From the sequence record DRR378314_1240: a DNA stretch of 42,641 nt. One strand, given 5' to 3'. The first letter of the stretch is position 1, and each line of letters starts with the position of its first letter. Shown in pieces: positions 1 to 9,610 of this stretch. A program made the translations under genes and the position numbers. The notes beneath the pieces are model-generated. The model made no database searches, had not been told where the DNA came from, and saw only the letters and a list, made by a program, of their open reading frames with translations.

Positions 1-1
1 C

Positions 2-3000
2 ATGCACGTCGTCTTCCGCGAAAGCCACGGGCTCGAGGAAACCGAGACCCCAACCGATCTGGGCCAGAGCCCGGCGGATCTGGTGGTGTTGTCTTTCTCG
101 GACAGCGACCTTGGTGCTTTCGCGGCCGGATGGCATCGCGGTGGCGGACCCGAAGGGCGGATGCCAACCCTGCGGCTGGCAAATTTGACGGCGCTAAAGC
201 ATCCCCTTTCGGTCGACACATATGTCGAACAGACGCTGGAAGGTGCGAAGGGCATCCTGATCCGCCTGATCGGCGGGGTGCCCTATTGGTCTTACGGGCT
301 GCAGCAGGTTCTGGCCCTGGCGCAGGCCAAAGGGATTGCTCTGGCCATCCTGCCTGCGGATGGGCGCGAGGATACGCGTCTGGATGACTACTCCACCCTG
401 CCCGTCTCGACCCTGCGGCGCCTGTCGCATCTCTGCGACACCGGCGGCGAAGTCGCGGCGCAGGCGGCATTGGCGCAGATGGCGTTGGCGGCGGGGCTTT
501 ACGCCGGGCCGGTGATCGGGGCCAAAAATCTGCCCGAATACGGCGCATGGTGCCCGGATCGCGGGGTAATACCCTCCAACACCGCGTTCGGTGGGGACGG
601 GAAGCGGATCGTCGTGACCTTCTATCGCGCCTATCTGACCTCGGCAGACACAGCCCCCATCGCGGCGCTGATCCGCAGCCTGCGGGCGCGTGGGATCAAG
701 GCCGTGGGCCTATTTGCCCCGTCTCTCAAAGCGCCCGTCGCCGCCGATTGGCTGCGTGAGACCATCGTTGCACTTCAACCCTCGGCAATCATCAACGCGA
801 CCTCTTTCTCGGGCAAGGGCGCATCGGGCACATCCCCTCTGGACGCGGCAGATGTACCCGTTTTTCAGGTCGCCCTCGCCACTTCACGCCGCGATGCGTG
901 GGCTGCGGCGGAACGGGGACTTTCGCCTGCTGATCTTGCCATGCATGTGGTCCTGCCCGAGGTGGACGGACGCATCAACGCAGGCATCGTTTCATTCAAG
1001 GAACCAGGTAGGCGCGATCCACACCTGGAATATTCGCGGTTTGCACACCGGGCCGAGCTGGAACGGATCGAGGCCGTCATTGACCGCGTGACCGGCTGGC
1101 TGAACCTGCATGACAAGCCCAAGGCACAACAGGTGCCCGCGCTGGTTCTGTCGACCTATCCCGGCAAGGATTGGCAAATGGCCCATGCTGTGGGTCTCGA
1201 CGCGCTGGCCTCGGCCGAGGCAATGCTATCTGATCTGCAAAGCGAGGGTTATGATACCGCGCCCGCTGAGCCGATCGCCGAGTCCTTGTTGGACACATGT
1301 ATCTCGTGGACGTTGCCGGACTATGTGAACGCGCTGGCCGATCTGCCCCAGCAATTGCGCACAGACCTGCAAAACGTCTGGGGCAAACCAGAAGACGACC
1401 CTGCCTTCGCCGATGGCGCGTTCCAATTCACCGCCCTGCGTCGTGGCAAAGCACTGGTTGCACTGCAGCCCGAACGCGGCTCGCCCGCGCAACGCGATGA
1501 CGACTATCACGACCTCTCGCGTACTCCGCGCCATAGCTACGTTGCGTTCTATCTATGGCTGCGCAAAGGCATCGGCGTGGACGCGCTGATCCATATCGGC
1601 GCGCATGGTACGTTGGAATGGCTGCCGGGCAAATCGGTCGCCTTGTGCAACGAATGTTGGCCCGAAGCTTTGATTCGCGATCTGCCGGTGATCTACCCGT
1701 TCATCGTCAACGACCCTGGTGAGGCGGCGCAGGCCAAACGTCGGATCGGGGCCGTTACGCTGGGCCACATCCCGCCATCGATGAAAGAAAGCAGTACACC
1801 GGATCGCATGGTACGGCTGGAATCTCTATTGGATGAGTTTTCGAACGCCGACGGGTTGGACCCCAGACGCCGCGACCGTTTGCAGGAAGACATCCGGGCC
1901 GAAGCACAGACCATCGGGTTAGAGAGCGATCTGGGCCTAGATCAGGCCACCTGCAGCGCCGAAGCAATCACCCGCATCGACCGCTTCGTCTGCGACATCA
2001 AGGAAAGTCAGTTTGGGGACGGGCTGCACATCTACGGGCGCACGCCGGAAGTGACGGGGAGTTTCGACCCCGTGCCTTCAGCCCATGCCGAACGCAGCGC
2101 CTTAATTGATGCGTTGGCCGGGAAACGGATCGCGGCTGGGCCGTCCGGCTCACCCTATCGGGGACGCACGGATGTGCTGCCGACGGGGCGTAACCTTTAC
2201 ACCACCGATCCACGCTCGGTACCGACCCGTGCGGCTTATGCACAAGGTGTAAAACTGGCCGAAGAACTGGTGCGCCGCCACCTCCAGGAAGAAGGCGATT
2301 ACCCGAAAGGGCTGATCGTTGACCTTTGGGGGTCCGCCACCATGCGCACGGCGGGCGAAGAATTCGCCATGGCGTTGCACCTGCTGGGCGTAAAGCCGGT
2401 TTGGGACACGGGGTCCGAGCGGGTTTCGGGCATCGAGGTTCTGCCCATCACCGACCTCAGCCGTCCGCGACTGGATGTAACCCTGCGGGTCTCGGGCCTG
2501 TTTCGGGACGTGTTCCCGACGCTTTCGGCACTTTATGGTCAGGCCGTGCGCGCATTGGCTGACCGGGATGAAGCGCCCGATTGGAATCCTTATGCCGGTC
2601 AAGAGCCGTCCGCCCGAGTCTATGGCCCTGCCCCCGGCAGCTATGGCGTCAACATGACCCAGCTGTCCGAGACCTACACCGATGAGGCGCGCGAACACGC
2701 GGGGCAAGCTTGGCTTGACGCCAGTTCGTTTGCTTTGGAAGGCGAACACATCGCGCAGGACAAGGACGGGATCACTCAGCGTGTGGCCAATGCCGACAGC
2801 TTTGTTCACCTGCAGGACCTGACCGAGACCGACCTGTTACTGGCCAATGATTACGCCACGCACGAGGCCGGGTTCGCGGCGGCCAAGAAGATTACCGGCG
2901 GCAGCGCTCAGTTATATCATCTGGACAATACCAAACCGGAAACTCCCCGCGCCCGGACCCTGCCCGAAGAAATCAGTCGTGTTGTTCACGCCCGTGCAGC

Positions 3001-3295
3001 CAACCCCGGCTGGATCGCGGGCATGAAACGGCATGGGTTCCGGGGCGCGGCCGAGATCGCCGCGACGCTGGATCACATGGCCTCGTTCGCACACCTGTCT
3101 GGCACGGTCGCGCCGCACCTGTTTGATCTCTACCACGACGCTACCCTTGGGGATGCGGCGGTCGATACCTTCCTGCAAGAGGCCAACCCACAAGCACATC
3201 AAGCCATGCAGGACCGATTCCGCGCATTGCTGGAAGCAGGAATTTGGAAGACCCGCCGGAACTCCATTCGCGCCGATCTGGAGGGGTTAGGATGA
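2..3295 (+). CDS. cobN: Cobaltochelatase subunit CobN
   Basis: 1097 aa. Chelatase motifs HIGAHGTLEWLPGK, YPFIVNDPGE, LPTGRN and LRVSGLFRD. Heads the cob cluster. Confidence 0.96.
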   Translation: MHVVFRESHGLEETETPTDLGQSPADLVVLSFSDSDLGAFAAGWHRGGGPEGRMPTLRLANLTALKHPLSVDTYVEQTLEGAKGILIRLIGGVPYWSYGLQQVLALAQAKGIALAILPADGREDTRLDDYSTLPVSTLRRLSHLCDTGGEVAAQAALAQMALAAGLYAGPVIGAKNLPEYGAWCPDRGVIPSNTAFGGDGKRIVVTFYRAYLTSADTAPIAALIRSLRARGIKAVGLFAPSLKAPVAADWLRETIVALQPSAIINATSFSGKGASGTSPLDAADVPVFQVALATSRRDAWAAAERGLSPADLAMHVVLPEVDGRINAGIVSFKEPGRRDPHLEYSRFAHRAELERIEAVIDRVTGWLNLHDKPKAQQVPALVLSTYPGKDWQMAHAVGLDALASAEAMLSDLQSEGYDTAPAEPIAESLLDTCISWTLPDYVNALADLPQQLRTDLQNVWGKPEDDPAFADGAFQFTALRRGKALVALQPERGSPAQRDDDYHDLSRTPRHSYVAFYLWLRKGIGVDALIHIGAHGTLEWLPGKSVALCNECWPEALIRDLPVIYPFIVNDPGEAAQAKRRIGAVTLGHIPPSMKESSTPDRMVRLESLLDEFSNADGLDPRRRDRLQEDIRAEAQTIGLESDLGLDQATCSAEAITRIDRFVCDIKESQFGDGLHIYGRTPEVTGSFDPVPSAHAERSALIDALAGKRIAAGPSGSPYRGRTDVLPTGRNLYTTDPRSVPTRAAYAQGVKLAEELVRRHLQEEGDYPKGLIVDLWGSATMRTAGEEFAMALHLLGVKPVWDTGSERVSGIEVLPITDLSRPRLDVTLRVSGLFRDVFPTLSALYGQAVRALADRDEAPDWNPYAGQEPSARVYGPAPGSYGVNMTQLSETYTDEAREHAGQAWLDASSFALEGEHIAQDKDGITQRVANADSFVHLQDLTETDLLLANDYATHEAGFAAAKKITGGSAQLYHLDNTKPETPRARTLPEEISRVVHARAANPGWIAGMKRHGFRGAAEIAATLDHMASFAHLSGTVAPHLFDLYHDATLGDAAVDTFLQEANPQAHQAMQDRFRALLEAGIWKTRRNSIRADLEGLG

Positions 3296-4419
3296 GTGCC
3301 CCCATCGTTCAGGGCTGGTGCCCCGGCGCTCATCGGCCAATGATGTCGGGCGATGGTCTGGTCGTACGGGTACGCCCCCGGCTGGCGCGTCTCACCACAA
3401 CTCAAGCATTGGGCCTGTGTGAGTTGGCAGAGCGGTTTGGTAATGGCACGATCGACCTGACCAATCGCGCCAACTTGCAACTGCGCGGTGTGGCCGAAGG
3501 TGATCATCAACCACTGCTCGCTGAACTGTCAGCGCTGAACCTGTTGGACCCGGAACCCGGTATCGAAATTCGCCGCAACATTCTGGTTTCACCGCTTTAT
3601 CAGACCGGTGATCTGACTGCACGACTGGCACAGGAACTGATCGATCGCCTGGCAGAACTGCCTGCACTGCCTGCCAAATTCGGATTTGCGGTCGACACCG
3701 GATCAGAGCGTTTGTTGACCGGGGATTCAGCAGACATTCGGCTGGAATGCGGCCCAGATGGGTTGATCCTGCGCGCAGACGGGGCTGAATCTGGGCGGCA
3801 CGTTTCCGAGGCAGAAGCTATCGATCAACTGCTCGCGCTAGCGCGGTGGTATGCTGACATCTACACACATGACACCCGCCGTATGTCCCGTGTGGTCGCC
3901 GAGCACGACTTGCCCTCGGATTGGCAGGGCAGCAAGCCTGGCCCCGTTGGCAAACTATTGCCCCCTGGAACATGTGATCTGGGCGTATTCTATGGTGCCG
4001 CATTCGGGCAATTGCCTGCGCGGGCACTTCAAAATCTGATCCAAAACAGCGGCGCGTCTGCTCTGCGGGTCACTCCGTGGCGTTTGATTCTGCTGGAAGG
4101 CGGGTTTTTTGTTCCAGCCCCAGAATTTGTTGCCTCTGGCACTGACCCGCTGATGACCACCGACGCCTGCCCCGGTGCCCCGTTTTGTCCGCAGGCCCAG
4201 GCGGAAACCCGAGAAATCGCCCGCGCATTGGCCGCACGCGTTCCGGGCACCCTGCACGTGTCCGGATGCGCCAAGGGCTGTGCTCGAATGGCGTCGGCAG
4301 ATATTACTTTGGTGGGTGAAAACGGACGATTTGATCTTGTCAAACAAGGCCGCGCGGGGGATGAGCCCAGCCAGCGCGGCCTAAGCCCCGAAACACTTTT
4401 GACCATGGACTTCACCTGA
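3292..4419 (+). CDS. cobG: Precorrin-3B synthase (nitrite/sulfite reductase-like Fe-S protein)
   Basis: ATG 3292 overlaps the cobN stop (ATGA) with GGAGG upstream. Motifs GWCPGAHRPMMSGDG, TNRANLQLRG, CPGAPFC and HVSGCAKGC. Confidence 0.88.
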   Translation: MSAPIVQGWCPGAHRPMMSGDGLVVRVRPRLARLTTTQALGLCELAERFGNGTIDLTNRANLQLRGVAEGDHQPLLAELSALNLLDPEPGIEIRRNILVSPLYQTGDLTARLAQELIDRLAELPALPAKFGFAVDTGSERLLTGDSADIRLECGPDGLILRADGAESGRHVSEAEAIDQLLALARWYADIYTHDTRRMSRVVAEHDLPSDWQGSKPGPVGKLLPPGTCDLGVFYGAAFGQLPARALQNLIQNSGASALRVTPWRLILLEGGFFVPAPEFVASGTDPLMTTDACPGAPFCPQAQAETREIARALAARVPGTLHVSGCAKGCARMASADITLVGENGRFDLVKQGRAGDEPSQRGLSPETLLTMDFT

Positions 4420-5048
4420 TGCCCTATGAATACGAGACCGACGGCGCCGCGATCTATAAGCAGAGCTTTGCGACGATCCGCTCTGAAGCTGATCTGGCCC
4501 GCTTCGACGTCAACGAAGAACAGGTAGCCGTGCGCATGATCCATGCCGCCGGGATGGTCGGGTTGGAAGAGTTCGTGCATTTCTCGCCCGGTTTCGTCAC
4601 TGCCGCCCGCAATGCGCTTGAAGCAGGCGCGCCGATCCTATGCGACGCCCGCATGGTCAGCGAGGGTGTGACCCGGTTCCGCCTGCCCGCAGACAACAAG
4701 GTGATCTGCACCCTGCATGACGAACGCGTCCGCCCCTTGGCCGCTGAGCTGAGCAACACACGCTCTGCCGCCGCACTAGAGTTGTGGCGTCCGCATCTGG
4801 AAGGCGCATTGGTCGCTATTGGGAACGCCCCGACCGCACTGTTTCACCTGTTGAATATGCTCGAAGACCCCGATTGCCCGCGCCCAGCCGCTATCATCGG
4901 CTGCCCCGTTGGCTTTGTCGGTGCCGTAGAATCCAAAGACGCGCTTTGGGAAGCGCAACCGGTACCATCCTGCATCGTCAAAGGCCGCTTGGGCGGCAGC
5001 GCCATCACAGTTGCGGCGATCAACGCCATCGCGAGCCGTGCGGAATGA
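4419..5048 (+). CDS. cobH: Precorrin-8X methylmutase
   Basis: Motifs YKQSFATIR, RMIHA, TRSAAA, IGNAPTAL, PVGFVG and GRLGGS. TGATG coupling to cobG. Confidence 0.96.
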   Translation: MPYEYETDGAAIYKQSFATIRSEADLARFDVNEEQVAVRMIHAAGMVGLEEFVHFSPGFVTAARNALEAGAPILCDARMVSEGVTRFRLPADNKVICTLHDERVRPLAAELSNTRSAAALELWRPHLEGALVAIGNAPTALFHLLNMLEDPDCPRPAAIIGCPVGFVGAVESKDALWEAQPVPSCIVKGRLGGSAITVAAINAIASRAE

Positions 5049-5773
5049 GCGCTGGTAAAATATACGGCGTGGGCCTCGGCCCCGGTGATCCGGACCTTAT
5101 GAGCGTCCGCGCGGACCGCCTGCTGCGCACTGCCCGCCACGTGGCATTTTTTCGCAAACCCGGTCGCTCGGGTCAGGCCCGCAAAATCGTGAATGGAATG
5201 ATACCCGGCGATGCCATCGAATTCCCGATGGAATATCCCGTTACGACTGAAATCCCTGTGACGGACCCTAGGTATAACGAACTTCTTTCGGTATTTTATG
5301 AAGACTGTGCCGCGCATCTGAAATCTCTGACCGAAAACGGTGAAGAAGTTGTGGTCCTGTGTGAGGGTGATCCATTCTTCTACGGATCATTCATGCATCT
5401 TTACAGCAGGTTGCGAAGCAAAACTGATGTCGAGGTTGTGCCCGCCATTACCGGCATGTCTGGCGCATGGACCGCAACCGGAGACCCGATAACATGGGGT
5501 GATGACGTCCTGACCGTTCTGGTCGGCACCTTGCCCGAAGACACTTTGGTTGAGCGCATGGTCCAAACTGACGCGTTGGTGGTCATGAAGATCGGGCGCA
5601 ATATCGACAAAGTAGAACATGCTTTGAAACGCGCCAATCTCTATGACCGCGCGTGGATCGTCGAATACGCCCAGATGCCGAACCAGAGAGTCTGTAAGCT
5701 GTCCGAAAATTGCGAGGGGATCACGCCTTATTTCTCGATCATTCTTGTCCATGGTCAGGGACGACGACCATGA
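5045..5773 (+). CDS. cobI: Precorrin-2 C20-methyltransferase
   Basis: ATG 5045 in ATGA with the cobH stop. Motifs GVGLGPGDPDL, YPVTTE and EGDPFFYGSF. Confidence 0.93.
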   Translation: MSAGKIYGVGLGPGDPDLMSVRADRLLRTARHVAFFRKPGRSGQARKIVNGMIPGDAIEFPMEYPVTTEIPVTDPRYNELLSVFYEDCAAHLKSLTENGEEVVVLCEGDPFFYGSFMHLYSRLRSKTDVEVVPAITGMSGAWTATGDPITWGDDVLTVLVGTLPEDTLVERMVQTDALVVMKIGRNIDKVEHALKRANLYDRAWIVEYAQMPNQRVCKLSENCEGITPYFSIILVHGQGRRP

Positions 5774-6534
5774 GCGGCTGGGTCAAAATCGCGGGCCTCG
5801 GTCCCGGAAACGAAGCACTGGTGACGCCCGAGGTGACAGCAGCTTTGACCAAGGCAACAGATGTCGTGGGATACATTCCCTATGTGGCGCGGATTGCCGA
5901 GCGTGAGGGGCTCACCCTGCACGCCAGCGATAACCGAGTTGAGATCGACCGCTCTCAACACGCGCTGCAGATGGCGGCAGAGGGCAAGCGTGTTGTGGTC
6001 GTATCCTCCGGCGATCCGGGCGTGTTTGCGATGGCCGCCGCTGTGTTCGAAGCGTTGGAAAATGGGCCGAACACGTGGCGTGATGTTCAGATCGAGGTGC
6101 TACCTGGGATCACCGCGATGCTGGCCGCTTCGGCCCGCGCAGGCGCTCCGCTGGGACATGATTTTTGTGCTATCAACCTGAGTGACAACCTGAAGCCATG
6201 GTCTCTGATTGAAAAACGGTTGCGCCTCGCCGCGCAGGCGGATTTCGCCATGGCATTCTACAATCCGCGGTCGAAGTCTCGCCCGGAAGGCTTTGTAAAA
6301 ACGCTGGAAATCCTACGTGAGGAATGCGAGCCGGAACGCCTGATCCTGTTCGCCCGCGCGGTATCGCGCGCGGATGAAGCGTTACGGATTTCGACGTTGG
6401 CCGAGGCCACACCGGACATGGCGGATATGCAGACCGTTGTGATCGTCGGTTCGTCATTGACGCGCATGATCGAGCGCGACGGTCCTCCGATCGTGTATAC
6501 ACCAAGGTTCACACCGGCCAAGGATCAGGTATGA
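5770..6534 (+). CDS. cobJ: Precorrin-3B C17-methyltransferase
   Basis: ATG 5770 in ATGA. Motifs GLGPG, SSGDPGVF, GAPLGHDF, LSDNLKPW, YNPRS and YTPR. Confidence 0.95.
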   Translation: MSGWVKIAGLGPGNEALVTPEVTAALTKATDVVGYIPYVARIAEREGLTLHASDNRVEIDRSQHALQMAAEGKRVVVVSSGDPGVFAMAAAVFEALENGPNTWRDVQIEVLPGITAMLAASARAGAPLGHDFCAINLSDNLKPWSLIEKRLRLAAQADFAMAFYNPRSKSRPEGFVKTLEILREECEPERLILFARAVSRADEALRISTLAEATPDMADMQTVVIVGSSLTRMIERDGPPIVYTPRFTPAKDQV

Positions 6535-7256
6535 GCAAGCCAGTCCAAGACCTGAACGACGTCTGCAAACTCGGTCCGCTGCGGCAGGGTCGGACGGTCG
6601 ATCATCAGGACCGGCAGGCCCAGAGCCCGCGCCGCCTGCAGCTTGGCGCGCGCGCCGGTGCCGCCGGCGTTCTTGGACACGACCAGTTGCGTACAGTGAC
6701 GCTCCATCAGCGCACGGTCTTCTTCGACAGTGAACGGACCTCGCGAAACGATCGCCTCGTAGTTGGGCAGCGGCACTGCGTTCGGTGCGTCCACCAGCCG
6801 AAGAAGATAGTGGTGCTGGGGCTGGGCGGCGAAGCCCTGCAGATGCATGCGACCAACGGCCAGGAACACACGCCGGGCCGAACCGGCCAGCGCGTCAACC
6901 GCCGAAGCGATATCCGGGACGTGCTGCCAGGTGTCACCCTCCTCCGCGTGCCAGGCAGGTCGTGTCAACGCAGCCAATGGCGTCGCCGTCGCAGCGCAGG
7001 CCATTACAGCATTGCGGCTCATCTGCGCGGCGAATGGATGGGTCGCGTCTACGACATGGCTGATTTCATGGTCGCGGACATAGCGCGCCAATCCTTCTGC
7101 ACCACCGAACCCGCCCACGCGCGTTGGCACGGGCTGCGGGCGGGGGGTGTCAACACGACCAGCATAGGAGTAGGTGGCCGCAATGCCTTGCTCGGCTACG
7201 GATTTTGCCAGAGCATTCGCCTCGGTCGTACCACCAAGAATCAGGAGGTTGGGCAT
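6525..7256 (-). CDS. cobK: Precorrin-6A (6x) reductase, antisense to the surrounding operon
   Basis: Motifs LILGGTTEA, GGFGG, DATHPFAAQMS, SRGPF and VSKNAGG. GGAG upstream on the minus strand, inside cobL. Confidence 0.95.
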   Translation of the reverse strand: MPNLLILGGTTEANALAKSVAEQGIAATYSYAGRVDTPRPQPVPTRVGGFGGAEGLARYVRDHEISHVVDATHPFAAQMSRNAVMACAATATPLAALTRPAWHAEEGDTWQHVPDIASAVDALAGSARRVFLAVGRMHLQGFAAQPQHHYLLRLVDAPNAVPLPNYEAIVSRGPFTVEEDRALMERHCTQLVVSKNAGGTGARAKLQAARALGLPVLMIDRPTLPQRTEFADVVQVLDWLAHT

Positions 7257-8454
7257 GTCTGAAGCTCCGTGGCTGACCGTTCTGGGTTTAGGCGAAGATG
7301 GACTGGATGGCCTGCCACCCGCAAGTCGTCAAGCACTGGATCGTGCCGAGGTCGTAATGGGCCCGCCGCGTCACCTATCCCTAATCCCAAACAGCACCGC
7401 TGAACGGATCGAATGGCCCGCCCCTTTTGCCGATGGCCTGCCGATCCTGACCGAACTACGCGGTCGGCAAACCGTTGTTCTGGCCTCGGGTGATCCGTTC
7501 TGGTTTGGTGCAGGTTCGGTCATCGCACGGAATTTCGACGCTGCTGAATGGATCGCCCTGCCCGGCCAGTCGACCTTTTCGCTCGCAGCTGCGCGGCTTG
7601 GTTGGCCGCTTGAAAACACGTTGACCTTTGGACTGCACGCCGCACCATTGACCCGTTTGCGCCCTCATCTTGCGCCCGGCTTGCGCGCCATTCTCTTGCT
7701 GCGTGATGGCAAAGCTGTTGCAGAGCTTGCGACCTATTTGGGCGAAACCGGCTTTGCCGATTGCGCCCTGCATGTGATGGAGGCACTTGGCGGTCCCCGC
7801 GAGCGCGCGCGCAGCGTGTCCTTGACCGAGGCGCTGTTGGGGACGTTCGAACACCCGGTCTGCGTCGGAATAGATGTCGCCGGTGAGGGACGCGCCTTTC
7901 CCAAGGCATCGGGCAAACCGGATGACATCTTTGAAACCGACGGCCAGATCACCAAGCGACCCATCCGCGCGTTGACACTGTCAGCTTTGGCACCACAGCG
8001 GGGCGAGCATCTATGGGATATCGGCGGCGGCACCGGATCAATCAGCATCGAATGGCTGATGTGTGATCCGACCTTGACCGCAACGACGATCGAGCCGCGT
8101 GCAGATCGGGCCGAACGTATTCGCCGCAACGCGAACGCCCTTGGGCAGGATCGGTTGCGCGTTAAGCACGGAACCGCACCGGAAGCGTTGATTGATCTCG
8201 ACCTGCCGGATGCTGTTTTCATTGGTGGTGGCCTGAGTGCGGACCTGTTGAACTGGCTGCACGCGAATCTTCGCTCGGGTACCCGTCTGGTCGCCAATGC
8301 GGTGACATTGGAAAGCGAGGCGCTGCTGGCTGAATGGCACGACAAGCAAGGTGGTGATCTTCTGCGTATTGAACTGTCCCAGGCGTCGCCGCTTGGGCCT
8401 CGACGTGGTTGGAAATCTGCGTACCCCGTGGTTCAGTGGAGCGTCACGCTGTGA
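7255..8454 (+). CDS. cobL: Precorrin-6Y C5,15-methyltransferase (decarboxylating), CbiE/CbiT fusion
   Basis: ATG 7255 preceded by AGGAGG. Motifs GLGEDG, ASGDPFWFG, GQITKR, WDIGGGTGS and VANAVTLE. Confidence 0.94.
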   Translation: MSEAPWLTVLGLGEDGLDGLPPASRQALDRAEVVMGPPRHLSLIPNSTAERIEWPAPFADGLPILTELRGRQTVVLASGDPFWFGAGSVIARNFDAAEWIALPGQSTFSLAAARLGWPLENTLTFGLHAAPLTRLRPHLAPGLRAILLLRDGKAVAELATYLGETGFADCALHVMEALGGPRERARSVSLTEALLGTFEHPVCVGIDVAGEGRAFPKASGKPDDIFETDGQITKRPIRALTLSALAPQRGEHLWDIGGGTGSISIEWLMCDPTLTATTIEPRADRAERIRRNANALGQDRLRVKHGTAPEALIDLDLPDAVFIGGGLSADLLNWLHANLRSGTRLVANAVTLESEALLAEWHDKQGGDLLRIELSQASPLGPRRGWKSAYPVVQWSVTL

Positions 8455-8819
8455 TCGTGGCGGGGTTCGGTTTCTCATCTTCTGCCACCTTGGCCAGCCT
8501 GCGGACCGTCTTGGAGCTGGCCGCAGAAGGACAAAACGTCAATGCGCTGGCGACTGTCGCAGACAAAAACGGACATGCGGCCATTGCCGCACTTGCAGAG
8601 GCAACTGGACTGCCAATTCATTTCGTCCCGGCAGACGATCTTGCCGAACAACGCACCCTCACATGCTCGCCCCGCAGCCGCGCCACGTATGGTACCGGTA
8701 GCGTTGCAGAAGCATCCGCTCTTGCTGCTGCCGGGCATGGCGCGCGGCTGATTTCACCCAGACAAATCTCGGACGACCGGCTTGCAACCTGCGCCGTCGC
8801 CATCGGAGGACATTCATGA
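8451..8819 (+). CDS. cobE: CobE / CbiG C-terminal domain protein
   Basis: GTG 8451 overlaps the cobL stop (GTGA). Motifs [19 protein letters not shown] and ATCAVA. Confidence 0.85.
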   Translation: MIVAGFGFSSSATLASLRTVLELAAEGQNVNALATVADKNGHAAIAALAEATGLPIHFVPADDLAEQRTLTCSPRSRATYGTGSVAEASALAAAGHGARLISPRQISDDRLATCAVAIGGHS

Positions 8820-9610
8820 CCGTTCATTTCATCGGCGCCGGACCGGGCGCTGCCGATCTGCTGACCTTGCGCGGGCGCGATATCATTGCGTCCTGCCCTG
8901 TGTGCTTATACGCAGGCTCTTTGGTTCCTGAGGAAATTCTGAGCCACTGCCCAGAGGGCGCGAAGATTGTGAACACCGCCCCCATGGATCTGGATCAGAT
9001 CATGGCCGAGATCGAATGGGCGCACAAAGCCGGGAAAGACGTGGCCCGGCTGCATTCCGGGGATCTGTCGGTGTGGTCGGCGATGGGTGAGCAAATCAGA
9101 CGGCTGAAAGACATGGGAATCCCGGTCAGTGTCACGCCCGGTGTGCCATCCTTTGCTGCCGCTGCGGCTGCGCTGGGGACCGAACTAACACTTCCAGGAT
9201 TGGCGCAATCCGTAGTGTTGACCCGTACGCCCGGGCGCGCGTCGTCAATGCCCGAAGGCGAGACGCTGGAAAACTTTGCCCGTACCGGTGCAACGCTGGC
9301 CATCCACCTTTCGATCGGCAATCTGGATACAGTCATCGCAGATCTGACCCCCGCCTATGGCGCAGATTGCCCGGTGGCTGTGGTCTACCGCGCCAGTTGG
9401 CCGGATGAGCGGATCATTCGTGCAACCCTATCGACATTGAAAGACTCGCTGGACGAAAGCATCTCGCGCACGGCGCTAATCATGGTTGGCCCGGCGCTGG
9501 CAGGCGAAGGGTTTGATGAAAGCTGCCTGTATTCCAAAACATATGACCGCCGCTATCGTCCACAAAGCGCAGACAGCCCTTGGTCAAGCTGGAGCCCCGA
9601 GAATGAATGA
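8816..9610 (+). CDS. cobM: Precorrin-4 C11-methyltransferase
   Basis: Motifs [28 protein letters not shown] and [10 protein letters not shown]. Confidence 0.96.
   Translation: MTVHFIGAGPGAADLLTLRGRDIIASCPVCLYAGSLVPEEILSHCPEGAKIVNTAPMDLDQIMAEIEWAHKAGKDVARLHSGDLSVWSAMGEQIRRLKDMGIPVSVTPGVPSFAAAAAALGTELTLPGLAQSVVLTRTPGRASSMPEGETLENFARTGATLAIHLSIGNLDTVIADLTPAYGADCPVAVVYRASWPDERIIRATLSTLKDSLDESISRTALIMVGPALAGEGFDESCLYSKTYDRRYRPQSADSPWSSWSPENE

Noticed and set aside
4784..5044. N-terminal extensions in the ORF track (cobI here; also cobG, cobL, cobB, selD, MATE, PaaI and MerR)
   Set aside because: They overlap upstream genes. Downstream ATGA/GTGA starts or SD motifs give family-typical N-termini.
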